In this document: in pieces, positions 25,624-35,355 of the stretch
Position numbering within the stretch: position 1 is the stretch's first letter
Layout: each line of letters begins with the position of its first letter
Virus record (IMG/VR): IMGVR_UViG_3300046804_001782
Span: 1 to 64,000 of that record
Source of the DNA: a virus
Direction: 5' to 3' (one strand)
DNA: 64,000 nt
Notes under the pieces: generated by a model
What the model was told of the DNA's origin: nothing
Seen by the model: only the letters and a program-made list of their open reading frames with translations
Databases searched by the model: none
Position numbers and translations under genes: made by a program

Positions 25624-25917
25624 TCATGACCATAGTGCGCCCATAGAGTACCGTCCACTACCCATATACTCGTCATCAGTAAAACTTGATTCCATTACTG
25701 GCATACCGGAGAGCCATGAACGGTTTGTTGCTACATACCGGTCTATATTCATAACGGTATTGATATCCAACACTTGCTTACTGAACCCCATTCGGGGTGG
25801 AAACGGATCCTGTGGATGCATGGGACGTAGTTGGCGAATCGTTTCTGGGTCGCTAGTAGCAGCCTCTAAGGCCCTGTCTACTTGAAACTCTTGAAAGGAT
25901 TGCCACGGCTTTGGCAT
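25624..25917 (-). CDS. Hypothetical protein
   Basis: MPKPWQS... Confidence 0.6.
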   Translation of the reverse strand: MPKPWQSFQEFQVDRALEAATSDPETIRQLRPMHPQDPFPPRMGFSKQVLDINTVMNIDRYVATNRSWLSGMPVMESSFTDDEYMGSGRYSMGALWS

Positions 25918-25921
25918 TTTA

Positions 25922-26092
25922 TCAGAAGCGGCTTTCTTGGATACCGGCGTAGAATGAATAGGATTCTGGAATGCGTTGGTATGTAGCGTAAGGATCACCC
26001 ACAGTGACTTTTGCGTCACCTAGGTACATTCCATAACTCATTCCTACATTAGAATCGTAGTTAAGTTCATTACCAAAGTTATCTTCATTCAT
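25922..26092 (-). CDS. Hypothetical protein
   Basis: GGAGG SD, MNEDNFG... Confidence 0.55.
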   Translation of the reverse strand: MNEDNFGNELNYDSNVGMSYGMYLGDAKVTVGDPYATYQRIPESYSFYAGIQESRF

Positions 26093-26097
26093 AATCA

Positions 26098-26592
26098 CTA
26101 CCTCCAAGGTGGTGCTAGTGTTTTCAACATACTTCTACGTTGCTTGTCTATGATCTCTTTTTGAGGTCTGTCTGGACCACGCGGAATGCCACGTGGTCCA
26201 GACTTACCATCGTTGGTAAGCCGTACTGGTTCTGCTCCGGGTGGAGAAAACTTCTTTCCTTCAGACTCCAATTGTATACCAGTTAAGAGGTTAAATTCTT
26301 TAGGCCATACATAATCACCCGGATTTATTCGCTCTCCTTTATGCACGCCTCTGCTATACGAACGTTTGTTTTGGCGAGCAACAGCATCAAGCATTTTATC
26401 TTGACGGCGATTTGATGACATCGTACCAAGATAACCATCTGGATAAGATGTGTCTGGTGAGGCACCAAAGGCCGCTAACATCCTGTCTTTTGGACTACGA
26501 AAAGAAGGAGCGGGACCCAACAGGGGTGCGGTTTCTCCACTATAAGGATCGTACCCACCACTCCAGTTGTTAAATGTTTGCTGATTAGCCAT
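26098..26592 (-). CDS. Hypothetical protein
   Basis: YPDGYLGT, YSRGVHKGERI, PPWR. Confidence 0.7.
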   Translation of the reverse strand: MANQQTFNNWSGGYDPYSGETAPLLGPAPSFRSPKDRMLAAFGASPDTSYPDGYLGTMSSNRRQDKMLDAVARQNKRSYSRGVHKGERINPGDYVWPKEFNLLTGIQLESEGKKFSPPGAEPVRLTNDGKSGPRGIPRGPDRPQKEIIDKQRRSMLKTLAPPWR

Positions 26593-26733
26593 TTATCGTG
26601 TCTGTCCTGAGGATTGACCAAAACTTGATAGCAGACCGCCCTGACCGCCACCCACATTGGAGATGGGTTTAATACTGTCAGCCTTCGTAGAAGTCTTCTT
26701 CTTCTTCGTACCTTTCTTTTTTGCGGTCGGCAT
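26593..26733 (-). CDS. 46-aa Lys/Gly-rich micro-protein (not in ORF track)
   Basis: MPTAKKKGTKKKK...GGGQGG; stop abuts next ATG. Confidence 0.45.
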   Translation of the reverse strand: MPTAKKKGTKKKKTSTKADSIKPISNVGGGQGGLLSSFGQSSGQTR

Positions 26734-26833
26734 TCTTTCGCTTCTTTCCACGTTGGTACATTTCGTTTACAGAGTAAGCGTAAGGATCAAAGTCGTCCTC
26801 TTCCCACTTATCATAATTTCTTAACTTTGTCAT
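26678..26833 (-). CDS. 51-aa charged micro-protein (not in ORF track)
   Basis: MTKLRNYDKWEEDDFDPY...EEEEDFYEG. Confidence 0.45.
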   Translation of the reverse strand: MTKLRNYDKWEEDDFDPYAYSVNEMYQRGKKRKNADRKKERYEEEEDFYEG

Positions 26834-26853
26834 ATCTTTATATTACTAGTTTA

Positions 26854-27138
26854 TCACTCACGGACTACGGGTTTGAAAGACATCGCAGATATGGTGGAAC
26901 CATCTTCTCCAGTTATGTCATCAAAACCAATCACATACACAACATCAATGCCGCGTGGGGCAACAAAACCACGAGCAATAGCACAAGCCTTAACTGCTTG
27001 GTTTACTGCGCTGGCCCCTATGGCTCGTATTCGCGGAGACTGGCCTGCTACAACGCTACGGGCAACAATAGAACCAACACTTTGTGGATTGCTGCTTCCA
27101 GAAACCTTGATAATATCTTCTGCATTTGTGTTTGTCAT
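26854..27138 (-). CDS. spoVS: SpoVS-family protein (Alba-like fold)
   Basis: IKVSGSSNPQSVG, AIGASAVNQAVKACAIARGFVAPRGID. Confidence 0.9.
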   Translation of the reverse strand: MTNTNAEDIIKVSGSSNPQSVGSIVARSVVAGQSPRIRAIGASAVNQAVKACAIARGFVAPRGIDVVYVIGFDDITGEDGSTISAMSFKPVVRE

Positions 27139-27182
27139 TTTATTCTCCTAAAGGCTCAAGTTATACAAACAACTTAAGTATT

Positions 27183-27548
27183 TTAGAAGAAACCACCTAC
27201 CTTTAGTAGGTCAATAAGATCGTCAAGACGCATAACAGCATAATTATCACCAATGGCTGCTTTACCCTTACCAATGCGTTTAACAACAAGCACAGGAAGA
27301 CCGTCACCCAGTCTGTCTGCCTGTTCTACTGTGGCGTTAAGCCAACCGCTAAGGTCATGAGACTTCTGGTTTTTACATTGTATAGCAACCTTCTTACCAG
27401 TAAGACCGTTGCGTATACCATTTATGTCACCAGTGTCTTCACCAGACTTGAGAGCGGTTCTATGTGCATCAAGAAAACCAGACTCGTTAAGGTAGTCCTT
27501 GATGAGGGTTTCAAACGAGGTTCCTTTTTGTTTCGCTTTATTAGCCAC
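27183..27548 (-). CDS. Holliday junction resolvase (PD-(D/E)xK)
   Basis: KQKGTSFE, DTGDI, IQCKN. Confidence 0.8.
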   Translation of the reverse strand: MANKAKQKGTSFETLIKDYLNESGFLDAHRTALKSGEDTGDINGIRNGLTGKKVAIQCKNQKSHDLSGWLNATVEQADRLGDGLPVLVVKRIGKGKAAIGDNYAVMRLDDLIDLLKVGGFF

Positions 27549-27846
27549 GGAAAGCCTCATCGTATGAATTAAGGACCGTATCCCATTCATCCTCAGTAAC
27601 AAAACCAGACTCACTACGACGCATGACATCTACCGTACTGGTCAACATAGTACGCAGTCGTTCAATCTCATCGGCGGCTCTTGTAAGCAAATCTGAACCA
27701 TACACTAAGACCTTAAACTGTGGAGCACGTGCCCTACACTCTTCTACAACATCACCGGGAAATGAAGGTTGTTGACTACGTGTTGACCGGTTGGCACAAT
27801 AATCACAGGGCATAGGCCAACCGCAATAAGAACAAGTTTCTTTCAT
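27541..27846 (-). CDS. Hypothetical protein
   Basis: CSYC/CDYC; AADEIERLR motif. Confidence 0.6.
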   Translation of the reverse strand: MKETCSYCGWPMPCDYCANRSTRSQQPSFPGDVVEECRARAPQFKVLVYGSDLLTRAADEIERLRTMLTSTVDVMRRSESGFVTEDEWDTVLNSYDEAFRG

Positions 27847-28499
27847 GGTGCCACTCTACCATGTGCTACCCATGCTTCGTATGTATGAGGCATTTTATTA
27901 GCGAAATGTAGTTCCACATCATTTGCATACTGCCTTATTTCTGCTTGAGCATTTTTATCAGTACGCAGTGATAAAAAGTTCATAAGACTTCTAGCGTTTA
28001 CTGTCCAATAGAATTCAGTAAAAGTACCCATAGGCAAAACAGTTCGTGCTATCTCTTTAGCAACACCAATACTAAGTAAGTATTTGTACGTTCTATAGGA
28101 GTGATCATTTGCTTCGTAGATAGTGTCAGCCGCTTCTTTTTGAATATCATAAGGCAGTGGCTCAAAGACATAAGAACCCGGCTTTCCAACCTGTGTACGC
28201 ACGGAAAGCACTTCAGGTACCCATGCTCCCGGTTCTACTTCTGTGTACCTAGCACTAAACTCATTAAACGAACCAATACGATGTCTGAACCACTCCCTTG
28301 CTACAAAGATAGGACAACGAACGTGGAAACGGAAAGCGTTATGTTCAAAGGGAGTACCGTGACGCTCTCTCATTAAAAATTCTATGAGTTTGACATCACC
28401 ATCATCTAGATAACTTTTTTGTTTACCAAAGGATACTCGGGCTGAATTAACCACCGACAGGTCGTCAGCCATACATGCGTCAAGATGTACAAAAGTCAT
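27843..28499 (-). CDS. thyX: Flavin-dependent thymidylate synthase
   Basis: HGTPFEH, REWFRHRIGSFNEFSARY, AQAEIR. Confidence 0.95.
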   Translation of the reverse strand: MTFVHLDACMADDLSVVNSARVSFGKQKSYLDDGDVKLIEFLMRERHGTPFEHNAFRFHVRCPIFVAREWFRHRIGSFNEFSARYTEVEPGAWVPEVLSVRTQVGKPGSYVFEPLPYDIQKEAADTIYEANDHSYRTYKYLLSIGVAKEIARTVLPMGTFTEFYWTVNARSLMNFLSLRTDKNAQAEIRQYANDVELHFANKMPHTYEAWVAHGRVAP

Positions 28500-28999
28500 G
28501 CGTTAAACCTCAACCCTCTATTATCTCTTGGTGCTGCTGATATACGGCGGCTCAATTCCCGTGATAGCAATTGAGCACCTCGTTCGCACCTATCAAATAC
28601 AGATTCAACTAACTTTCTGTAGGCACGGGCTTCAAGGTGAGTATTCTGCTGCGATACGACACGTGAGTCAATATCACGACGTGCCTTAGCAATAGTAACC
28701 CGGTCACCCTTGGCATCTGCACCCCACTGTTCGATTAGCACCTTTGCTTCTATCAATCGACAGTTATTGGCTTCTCTCTCTTCTGATACTTCTGCTAAAA
28801 CCATATCGGCCTTAGCATATGAAACCCATGCCATAAACTTTGTGTACAACTCCATCAAGTCAGAGTCAGATAGGTCATCCAAGTATTGTGGCATCTCTGG
28901 AATATCATTATCTGGCTTGTCTGGGAGAGAGAATTTCATTGTGAATCGTTGTTCAGCATCTTGAACTGGATCGTTATTCCTGTGGAGTACTCTTGCCAT
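28496..28999 (-). CDS. Helical protein, possible UvsY-like recombination mediator
   Basis: All-helical, LSRELSRR C-terminus, sits in RecA/Cas4 cluster. Confidence 0.45.
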   Translation of the reverse strand: MARVLHRNNDPVQDAEQRFTMKFSLPDKPDNDIPEMPQYLDDLSDSDLMELYTKFMAWVSYAKADMVLAEVSEEREANNCRLIEAKVLIEQWGADAKGDRVTIAKARRDIDSRVVSQQNTHLEARAYRKLVESVFDRCERGAQLLSRELSRRISAAPRDNRGLRFNA

Positions 29000-29861
29000 T
29001 CCAACAGACCTCCTTGTAGGGACAGAATCTACAACCATTACACTTATCGTTGGTCGCCCATTCAGGACGTTCAGGAACTGTGTCACTCTCAAGATGCGAC
29101 ATGACTATTTTACAGTTATTAAGTACTTCGGTAATTTGCTCTGGTTGATACCGAACTTCAAACTCTTTTACCTGCTGTGTCGGTTTCCACTCATAGATAA
29201 ATATGATCGTGTCAATCTTTCGACAGTGCATGTAAAGGTTGCCTTGTCGTAGATGAGAAGGAAATGGGGTCTTGATACTGTCCCAGAGTCCATCAATGGT
29301 TAATTCGTTGTTGGCGTATGCCTCATACAGAGAAGGCTTCTCCCAGCGAACGGTACCTACACCTACCGACTTAATCTCAATAAGGGCACGGCCTTTTTCA
29401 TCCTCAATTTCACCATCAGCGTGCCCAATAATATGGTGCTCATCGTCACGCAAAGGAACTTCGCGATACCGAATACGCTTAGAAGAGCATAGAATGCACT
29501 CAGTTGGCGACTTTGCGTTCCACATGTTGTCGCACTCATCACAAGCCCAAACACCCCAAAGAACACCGGCATTGTGTAACCAGTTTTGCCATTTCCTGTG
29601 GATATTATTACCTTCTTCAAAAACATTGAGTCTGGAAAAGGAATAGTTTTCTTGAGCCTCTTGATACTTCTTTATCTTGTACCACGCACTGCGTGTGCAG
29701 AAATGACGCTTTGATAGTTCGCTAGGATGTAAGTAATTGGTATCCCTGTGTTGGTTTTTCTCACGATATTCCATCATGAGGGTTTTCTGAGCCAGAGGGA
29801 TAACACGACCCTTAGTTTTCATTAACTTTTTGTAGTCTTTTAAATACCACGGCTGTGTCAT
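28974..29861 (-). CDS. Cas4-like PD-(D/E)xK exonuclease
   Basis: HPSE, GHADG, EIKS, QGNLY, C..CRFCPYKEVC. Confidence 0.85.
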   Translation of the reverse strand: MTQPWYLKDYKKLMKTKGRVIPLAQKTLMMEYREKNQHRDTNYLHPSELSKRHFCTRSAWYKIKKYQEAQENYSFSRLNVFEEGNNIHRKWQNWLHNAGVLWGVWACDECDNMWNAKSPTECILCSSKRIRYREVPLRDDEHHIIGHADGEIEDEKGRALIEIKSVGVGTVRWEKPSLYEAYANNELTIDGLWDSIKTPFPSHLRQGNLYMHCRKIDTIIFIYEWKPTQQVKEFEVRYQPEQITEVLNNCKIVMSHLESDTVPERPEWATNDKCNGCRFCPYKEVCWNGKSTPQE

Positions 29862-29892
29862 TTATTAATTAAACTCACCACAACTGGTTTGT

Positions 29893-30225
29893 TTACTCTC
29901 CAATCAGTTCAAGAAAGTCATCTTCTATCAAGACTACATAGGATTTTAGATTGATATCAAACTGAAGTACAGGGATACGGCTCTCAAGAATGGATCTTTT
30001 TTCAAGATCTCTTAGATCAACGGCTTTTATAGTATACGATTTAACATTGTCAGTAAACTTGTTTTCAATAAGAAACATTTCTGAACGTACATCATTCTTA
30101 CGAAGCCATCCAGAACCTGACCCGGCGTTGCGACTACCCTTGTACTTGTCAGCGGTTCGTTCTTCTTGTTTCTTGCTTTTCTTATTAATGTATTTGCGGT
30201 CGTTGCTACTGTCACCAATGATCAT
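29893..30225 (-). CDS. Small PD-(D/E)xK nuclease/resolvase
   Basis: QEERTA, GSGSG, KNDV, IENK. Confidence 0.7.
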   Translation of the reverse strand: MIIGDSSNDRKYINKKSKKQEERTADKYKGSRNAGSGSGWLRKNDVRSEMFLIENKFTDNVKSYTIKAVDLRDLEKRSILESRIPVLQFDINLKSYVVLIEDDFLELIGE

Positions 30226-31244
30226 CGCAAGAAAACCTTTCTCGCCTCTTCAACAAGGGCATCCTTGAGATCTATCTCTGACCTCACAGCAGCGATAAGT
30301 GCATCCTTACCTTGCCACTTACTATCGTTATAGGAATAATAAGCACCAGCACGCTTAATAATATCTGTGGAAATACAGATGTTTACTACATCCTTAACGG
30401 TGTCATACTCTCCGAGTGAAAAGCCATTAGAATCTGCAAAGTAAAAGTCAACTACGGCAACCTGCTGAGGGCGGTAGGACTTGTTCTTCAAAGTACGGGC
30501 CTTGACAGTCTGTCCTACTGCTTCGTCCTTTTCTTTGAGCCACTCATCTCGCTTAACCTCAACGCGAGTGAAGTAGTGGAAATTCTTAGCCTTGCCACCG
30601 GGAGTTGTACGGTTGTCACCGTACATGACACCAATCTTCTCACGCCACTGGTTAATGATAAGACCTGTACATGGTCGATCTTCTTGAATAAGGGATCGCT
30701 TCTGGGCCTTTCCTGATTTGCGGAAGAACTTGCCAGTAAGACGAGCACCTAGACCCATAGTGAACTCGTCCATCATCTTCTCTGCCTCATCACCCGGAAC
30801 AAGTGCAGGTAGTGAATCAATCACGATGCAGTCAACGGCACGGTTGTCCAGAGCACGGATAACGAGGTCAAAGGCATGCTCCATTACATTCGTCTCTACC
30901 ACCCATAGGCGTTCTAGATCAACACCAATGGCCTTGGCATACTGCGGAACGTATTCCTCAGCAGCAATCCACATAGCACACCATTCCGGGTCAAGGGCTT
31001 GATTGGCGGCTATGGTCTTATAAGCCAAGGCTGTCTTACCACTGCTTTCATCGCCAATGATCTCTGACCATTGGTTTGCGGGCCAGCCACCACCAAGCAT
31101 CAAGTCAAAAGCGAGAACACCTGTGGTAATCCGGGGTATTTCTTCTTTGACTTCACTGCCTCGTACAACAATGTCTTCACCGTACTTCTTATTAATAGAA
31201 GTAATAATATATTCAAGAGTCTCACGACTCTCATTTTTTGACAC
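30222..31244 (-). CDS. recA: RecA recombinase
   Basis: GDESSGKT, IVIDS, INQWREKIGVMYG, TPGG. Confidence 0.95.
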   Translation of the reverse strand: MSKNESRETLEYIITSINKKYGEDIVVRGSEVKEEIPRITTGVLAFDLMLGGGWPANQWSEIIGDESSGKTALAYKTIAANQALDPEWCAMWIAAEEYVPQYAKAIGVDLERLWVVETNVMEHAFDLVIRALDNRAVDCIVIDSLPALVPGDEAEKMMDEFTMGLGARLTGKFFRKSGKAQKRSLIQEDRPCTGLIINQWREKIGVMYGDNRTTPGGKAKNFHYFTRVEVKRDEWLKEKDEAVGQTVKARTLKNKSYRPQQVAVVDFYFADSNGFSLGEYDTVKDVVNICISTDIIKRAGAYYSYNDSKWQGKDALIAAVRSEIDLKDALVEEARKVFLR

Positions 31245-31257
31245 GTTAATCTCCTAA

Positions 31258-31656
31258 TTATCCCCAGTTAGATTCGGTACCTTGGGTGTACAGACCTGTC
31301 CAACCACATTCAAAACAGCGTGGTGCTGGACTCTTTCCTTGAATTGTAGTGTTTCCGTTACGGGAAACACGGCTAAAAACATGCTGGCTTCCGCACTCCG
31401 GGCAATACATATTTCCCTCTTTACGTGCTGCTTCTCCACCCTTCCACAGACGTATTGCATCTCCCATGTGTATCTCTTCAGTAGGGGGACGCTCTTCATC
31501 AAGAACACGCGCCTGTGGTTGCTGCTGTTGCTGTGGGTACTGAATCTGATGACCAATGCGAATGGGTGGCGATACGGGTGGTACCGATGTGCGCGAAGAC
31601 GGTGCTGGTGTATTTGGAGTGTTGGACAGTTTCCTTGCCCACCAATCGGATGCCAT
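31258..31656 (-). CDS. Zn-ribbon protein with Pro/Gln-rich N-terminus
   Basis: CPECGS...RCFECG. Confidence 0.65.
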   Translation of the reverse strand: MASDWWARKLSNTPNTPAPSSRTSVPPVSPPIRIGHQIQYPQQQQQPQARVLDEERPPTEEIHMGDAIRLWKGGEAARKEGNMYCPECGSQHVFSRVSRNGNTTIQGKSPAPRCFECGWTGLYTQGTESNWG

Positions 31657-32066
31657 TATTCCTCTCCCATTATGAGTTTCTTTATGTCTATAGAAGACGT
31701 TCCTTTACCCATATTATCAAGGTAGTCAATGTGTTGGGAATCAAAAAGATGTATCAAAGTAGCGATGGCATATGACGTAACAAATACTCTAGACGCTTCC
31801 TCTTGTTCATCATTAAAGTTATTAACTTTAGAAGTTGTTTCTACTATCCAGTTAGCACACTTATGTATTTCATCAATAATACCTAGATCAAAAAGTACTA
31901 GCCATTTAGAAAGTACGTCCATAATTTCATGCTTTTGTACGTCTTCTGACGGTATTGAGAATCCAGAAAGGTGTGCCAGTTCCTGACCATTTGTAATAGA
32001 AAGAGAAAGATGAAAGTTTCTTTTTTCCAAAGATTCATTTCGTTCTATTGGTGCATCTTCCATCAT
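31656..32066 (-). CDS. Hypothetical protein
   Basis: ORF track, coupled. Confidence 0.6.
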   Translation of the reverse strand: MMEDAPIERNESLEKRNFHLSLSITNGQELAHLSGFSIPSEDVQKHEIMDVLSKWLVLFDLGIIDEIHKCANWIVETTSKVNNFNDEQEEASRVFVTSYAIATLIHLFDSQHIDYLDNMGKGTSSIDIKKLIMGEE

Positions 32067-34150
32067 TTTCCCTTTGCGTCAGACCAACTATGTGCGGAGT
32101 GGCAGGACACCTTGATAGGTATTCCCTCAATGACTGTCCCATCTCCCATCGCTTTTGTAAATATGGGAATCATATCAGCCACTTCCTCAGTAGGTACCAT
32201 AACCACCAGTTCGTCGTGTACTTGCACCAACATCTTAGCATTTGTATTATTAAATGCTTCAAATACACCTATCATTGCTTTTTTACAAATATCAGCAGCG
32301 GATCCCTGAACCACGGCGTTAATAGCCTGTCTTTCTGCACGTGCTTTTAGAGACATATCTGATGATGTGATGTCTGGAAGCCTACGTCGTCTTCCAGAAA
32401 TGGTACTCACATATCCTTGTCGGATGGCCGTGTGTATAACAGACTGTTTCCAAACGGTGATACCTTTAAACTGCTTGTAGTAGTTTTCGATCACAAACCT
32501 TGCATGATCTATAGAAACACCGGTGGTGTTTGCCAACTTAGTTGGTCCTCCACCATATGCTGTGAGGAAGTTAACACCTTTTCCCAGTTGTCTCTCTTCT
32601 GGAGTAACGTCTTTGGGATCCTTTTTCAGAATTAGGGCGGCGGCACCGGCATGGATGTCGGCACCAGTTTTAAAGAACTCGCTCATCTTTGGGTCGTGAG
32701 AAAACATGCACATTACACGCAACTCAATCTGATCATAGTCAGCAACTAACAGAGAGTAGCCGGGTGGTGCAACGAACAACTTACGAACACTACTGTCTCG
32801 TGGAATGTTTTGAAGGTTTGGGTTTGATGAGGACATACGTCCCGTTGTTGTCCTGTGGAGATGGAACGACGGGTGCAACTTTTGCTTATTAAGTTTTGTA
32901 AGAAGACTATCAACGTACGTTGATTTCATTTTCTTTGTTTCAGACCAATCAAGAAGCAAAGGAATGATTGGATGCTTTGCTTCCATAGCCCGTAGTGATT
33001 CCTCGTCAACGGAAGCAGCACCAGTTTTGGTTTGCTTACTTGACTTTAATCCTAAACCACCTTCTGATTTCTTAGAGAACAATAATTGTTGTTTATGTTT
33101 TGTGCTGTCTGGATTGAATCCGGGCGAAACGTAGGACAACATGGAAACAAGTAGATCATTTAGTTTCCCATCAAGTTCTTTGCCTAGTTTTGACATTGAC
33201 CTTTTGTCTACATTGATCCCATTATTCTCCATATCCATAAGAACATGGAGAACTTGATTATCCTGTTCTAGACAAGCCACAAGGTCTGGCTTTGTCTTTA
33301 TGCGATTCCACAGTTTTTTGTAGAGCAACCAAGTCCAACGGACATCTAGGTGTACGTACTCTGAGGCTTGAGCAAACGATACTTGATTAATTATCTTTCC
33401 AAGTTTTCCGTACCTGTGGTAGGGATCAAACCCGTCGAAGTTGTTGTGAAGCAATTTCTCCAAAGAGTAACCCGAAAGGTTTTCATCAAGGACGTGCTGC
33501 ATGAGCATGGTGTCCATGTATGGACCGGGGGGTAGAGCATCGTAATACTTAGTAATAGATCTAGCATCAAACTTTACGTTGTGCCCGATCTTTAAAAGAT
33601 CGCTAAAGAAAATTGTCTTCAATGTCTCAAAAACAACTGTCTTGTTTAGTTGTTCTGGTGGTTCGGTAAACTCGGCTGGTTTGTAGTACCGGGCTTTTGC
33701 CAGCGATTCCTTACCGCTTTTTAGGATGCTGCGATAACCCGGAGGTGGAACCGTACTACCATCACCACGTTCTTCTGGGGTGATTACCTTACCGTTCGGG
33801 TGACCCATAGGAATAGCCCATGATTTTCCATCAATGGCAATGCCTATCCAGAAAACCTCATTACGAAGGGGATCAAGTGCTAGTTGATTTTCCCACTTCG
33901 TTATTATTGTTTCTTTTGACCGTGCAAGTATGTCTGAACTAGTCGTTTTGAGACTCTTTTTATGTTCTTTCCACTCATCTTCAATGAGTGAAAGCACGTC
34001 CTGATGTCGTTCTACTAATCCGCGTGTCTCTACGTCAAAACAAAACCTACCTGCCTCTTGTACCTCTGCTACAACTTGCTGTAGTTGTTCAACTGTGTAA
34101 ACGACAAGGGGGGCCGTATGGCCCCCCTCGTTGGGATCCCCCACCGACAT
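32063..34150 (-). CDS. polA: DNA polymerase family A with 3'-5' exonuclease
   Basis: FDVET, HNVKFD, TTGRMSSSNPNLQNIP, DYDQIELR, KGVNFLTAYG, VHDE. Confidence 0.95.
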   Translation of the reverse strand: MSVGDPNEGGHTAPLVVYTVEQLQQVVAEVQEAGRFCFDVETRGLVERHQDVLSLIEDEWKEHKKSLKTTSSDILARSKETIITKWENQLALDPLRNEVFWIGIAIDGKSWAIPMGHPNGKVITPEERGDGSTVPPPGYRSILKSGKESLAKARYYKPAEFTEPPEQLNKTVVFETLKTIFFSDLLKIGHNVKFDARSITKYYDALPPGPYMDTMLMQHVLDENLSGYSLEKLLHNNFDGFDPYHRYGKLGKIINQVSFAQASEYVHLDVRWTWLLYKKLWNRIKTKPDLVACLEQDNQVLHVLMDMENNGINVDKRSMSKLGKELDGKLNDLLVSMLSYVSPGFNPDSTKHKQQLLFSKKSEGGLGLKSSKQTKTGAASVDEESLRAMEAKHPIIPLLLDWSETKKMKSTYVDSLLTKLNKQKLHPSFHLHRTTTGRMSSSNPNLQNIPRDSSVRKLFVAPPGYSLLVADYDQIELRVMCMFSHDPKMSEFFKTGADIHAGAAALILKKDPKDVTPEERQLGKGVNFLTAYGGGPTKLANTTGVSIDHARFVIENYYKQFKGITVWKQSVIHTAIRQGYVSTISGRRRRLPDITSSDMSLKARAERQAINAVVQGSAADICKKAMIGVFEAFNNTNAKMLVQVHDELVVMVPTEEVADMIPIFTKAMGDGTVIEGIPIKVSCHSAHSWSDAKGK

Positions 34151-34152
34151 GT

Positions 34153-34893
34153 TCAGTCGTCCAGTTCTTCCTTGGCGATATCAAGGAGTGTCTTGTATTC
34201 TGGAATTTGAATGATGGAAGCATCATACGCCTTTTTGCGTAGACGCTTAAGGTCGTCTTCGTCAAGAGGCTCTACGCTGTAGTCCTCTAGATCCCGATCC
34301 CTCAACATTTGATGGTTTGTTGATGAGCGAGCACCCTTACCACTACGAGAGATAGCCCAGTAGTGCTTTGTGAGAGGCCCTTGACGTGGATCGACAGAGA
34401 AGTTCTTCAACTGGTCAATAACACGTGCGCCAACCTCGTATGACTTAATGAGTGGCTCTTCATGGTCAACGAGAAGCGCAACATTGAAGTTAAAGCGGCT
34501 GGATGGCCGGTTACCAGCATCGCAAAGAGGACAACCCTTTGACGAGAGGTCAGCAATGCAGGTGAAAGACTTTTGTCCGGGTCGCTCAATCCAATGTTGG
34601 CGAAGGACGGCGTATGGCTCGTCTTCCAAAAACTTAACGATGACAGGATCGTCACCAACCTTAAGACGCTGTGCAAAAGAGGAATCAGAAGAGACTACAG
34701 ATTCAACGGCACCCCAACCACGCTTAATGGTGCGTGGAGACGGGGGTGTATCGTCATCGTCGTCATCTACAACTTTGCTCTTTGTCTTTAGAGTTCCTAC
34801 ATCTTCTTGCTCGTCCGAATTATCTTCGGAGTACTTCTTTGCAGTTGCCCTGCGTACGGGCATTTCATCTTCGTCGTCGTCGTATCGTCCCAT
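34153..34893 (-). CDS. Single-stranded DNA-binding protein (gp32-like)
   Basis: VKFLEDEP, HW, FTC...CPLC, acidic N-terminus, next to PolA. Confidence 0.65.
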   Translation of the reverse strand: MGRYDDDEDEMPVRRATAKKYSEDNSDEQEDVGTLKTKSKVVDDDDDDTPPSPRTIKRGWGAVESVVSSDSSFAQRLKVGDDPVIVKFLEDEPYAVLRQHWIERPGQKSFTCIADLSSKGCPLCDAGNRPSSRFNFNVALLVDHEEPLIKSYEVGARVIDQLKNFSVDPRQGPLTKHYWAISRSGKGARSSTNHQMLRDRDLEDYSVEPLDEDDLKRLRKKAYDASIIQIPEYKTLLDIAKEELDD

Positions 34894-34917
34894 GATTATC
34901 CCTTTGTGTGTGTGTTG

Positions 34918-35355
34918 TTACTTTGTTGGCCAGTTGTTTTTGATGTGTTGTCTGAAACCATCCCAGTCACTGTGGGCTGGGTCATCTATCTTAAAGGATT
35001 CTGCCGCTGCAATCAAGAGTTCTAACTGTGCGACACTGTATAAACGGCGACCTTTGCTTGGTTTACCGGGAATCTGTTCTCCTGACGGAGCAGGAGTTCT
35101 GTAGGTTGCTTTAGGTATCCAACCTTGTGATTCCCACATTCGGATCGTTATCGCCTTGCGTCCCAATGCCTTCGCTAACTGTCCCACAGTGAACAACTCA
35201 ATGTCAAGACCTGCTATGCGATACGTTTTTGGTTTTGCACCATTGAACAGATCTATGGCTGGTTTTTGTTTGTTGTTAACATTTCTGTTTTTAGGAGGAG
35301 TATTACCGGGCCAGTCGGGAAGATCTCCCAGCAATTCCATAGGGTCACGACTCAT
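34918..35355 (-). CDS. MerR-like HTH DNA-binding protein
   Basis: FTVGQLAKALG...TIRMWE.QGWIP...RRLYS. Confidence 0.75.
   Translation of the reverse strand: MSRDPMELLGDLPDWPGNTPPKNRNVNNKQKPAIDLFNGAKPKTYRIAGLDIELFTVGQLAKALGRKAITIRMWESQGWIPKATYRTPAPSGEQIPGKPSKGRRLYSVAQLELLIAAAESFKIDDPAHSDWDGFRQHIKNNWPTK

Noticed and set aside
26172-26200. Inverted repeat TGGACCACG...CGTGGTCCA resembling the 35-bp site arms
   Set aside because: Wrong spacing, no GCAAA core, and explained by the GPRGIPRGP coding sequence.
28974-29861. Cas4 as evidence of CRISPR-Cas
   Set aside because: Solo Cas4-like nucleases are common in phage replication modules; no repeat-spacer array or other cas genes were seen.
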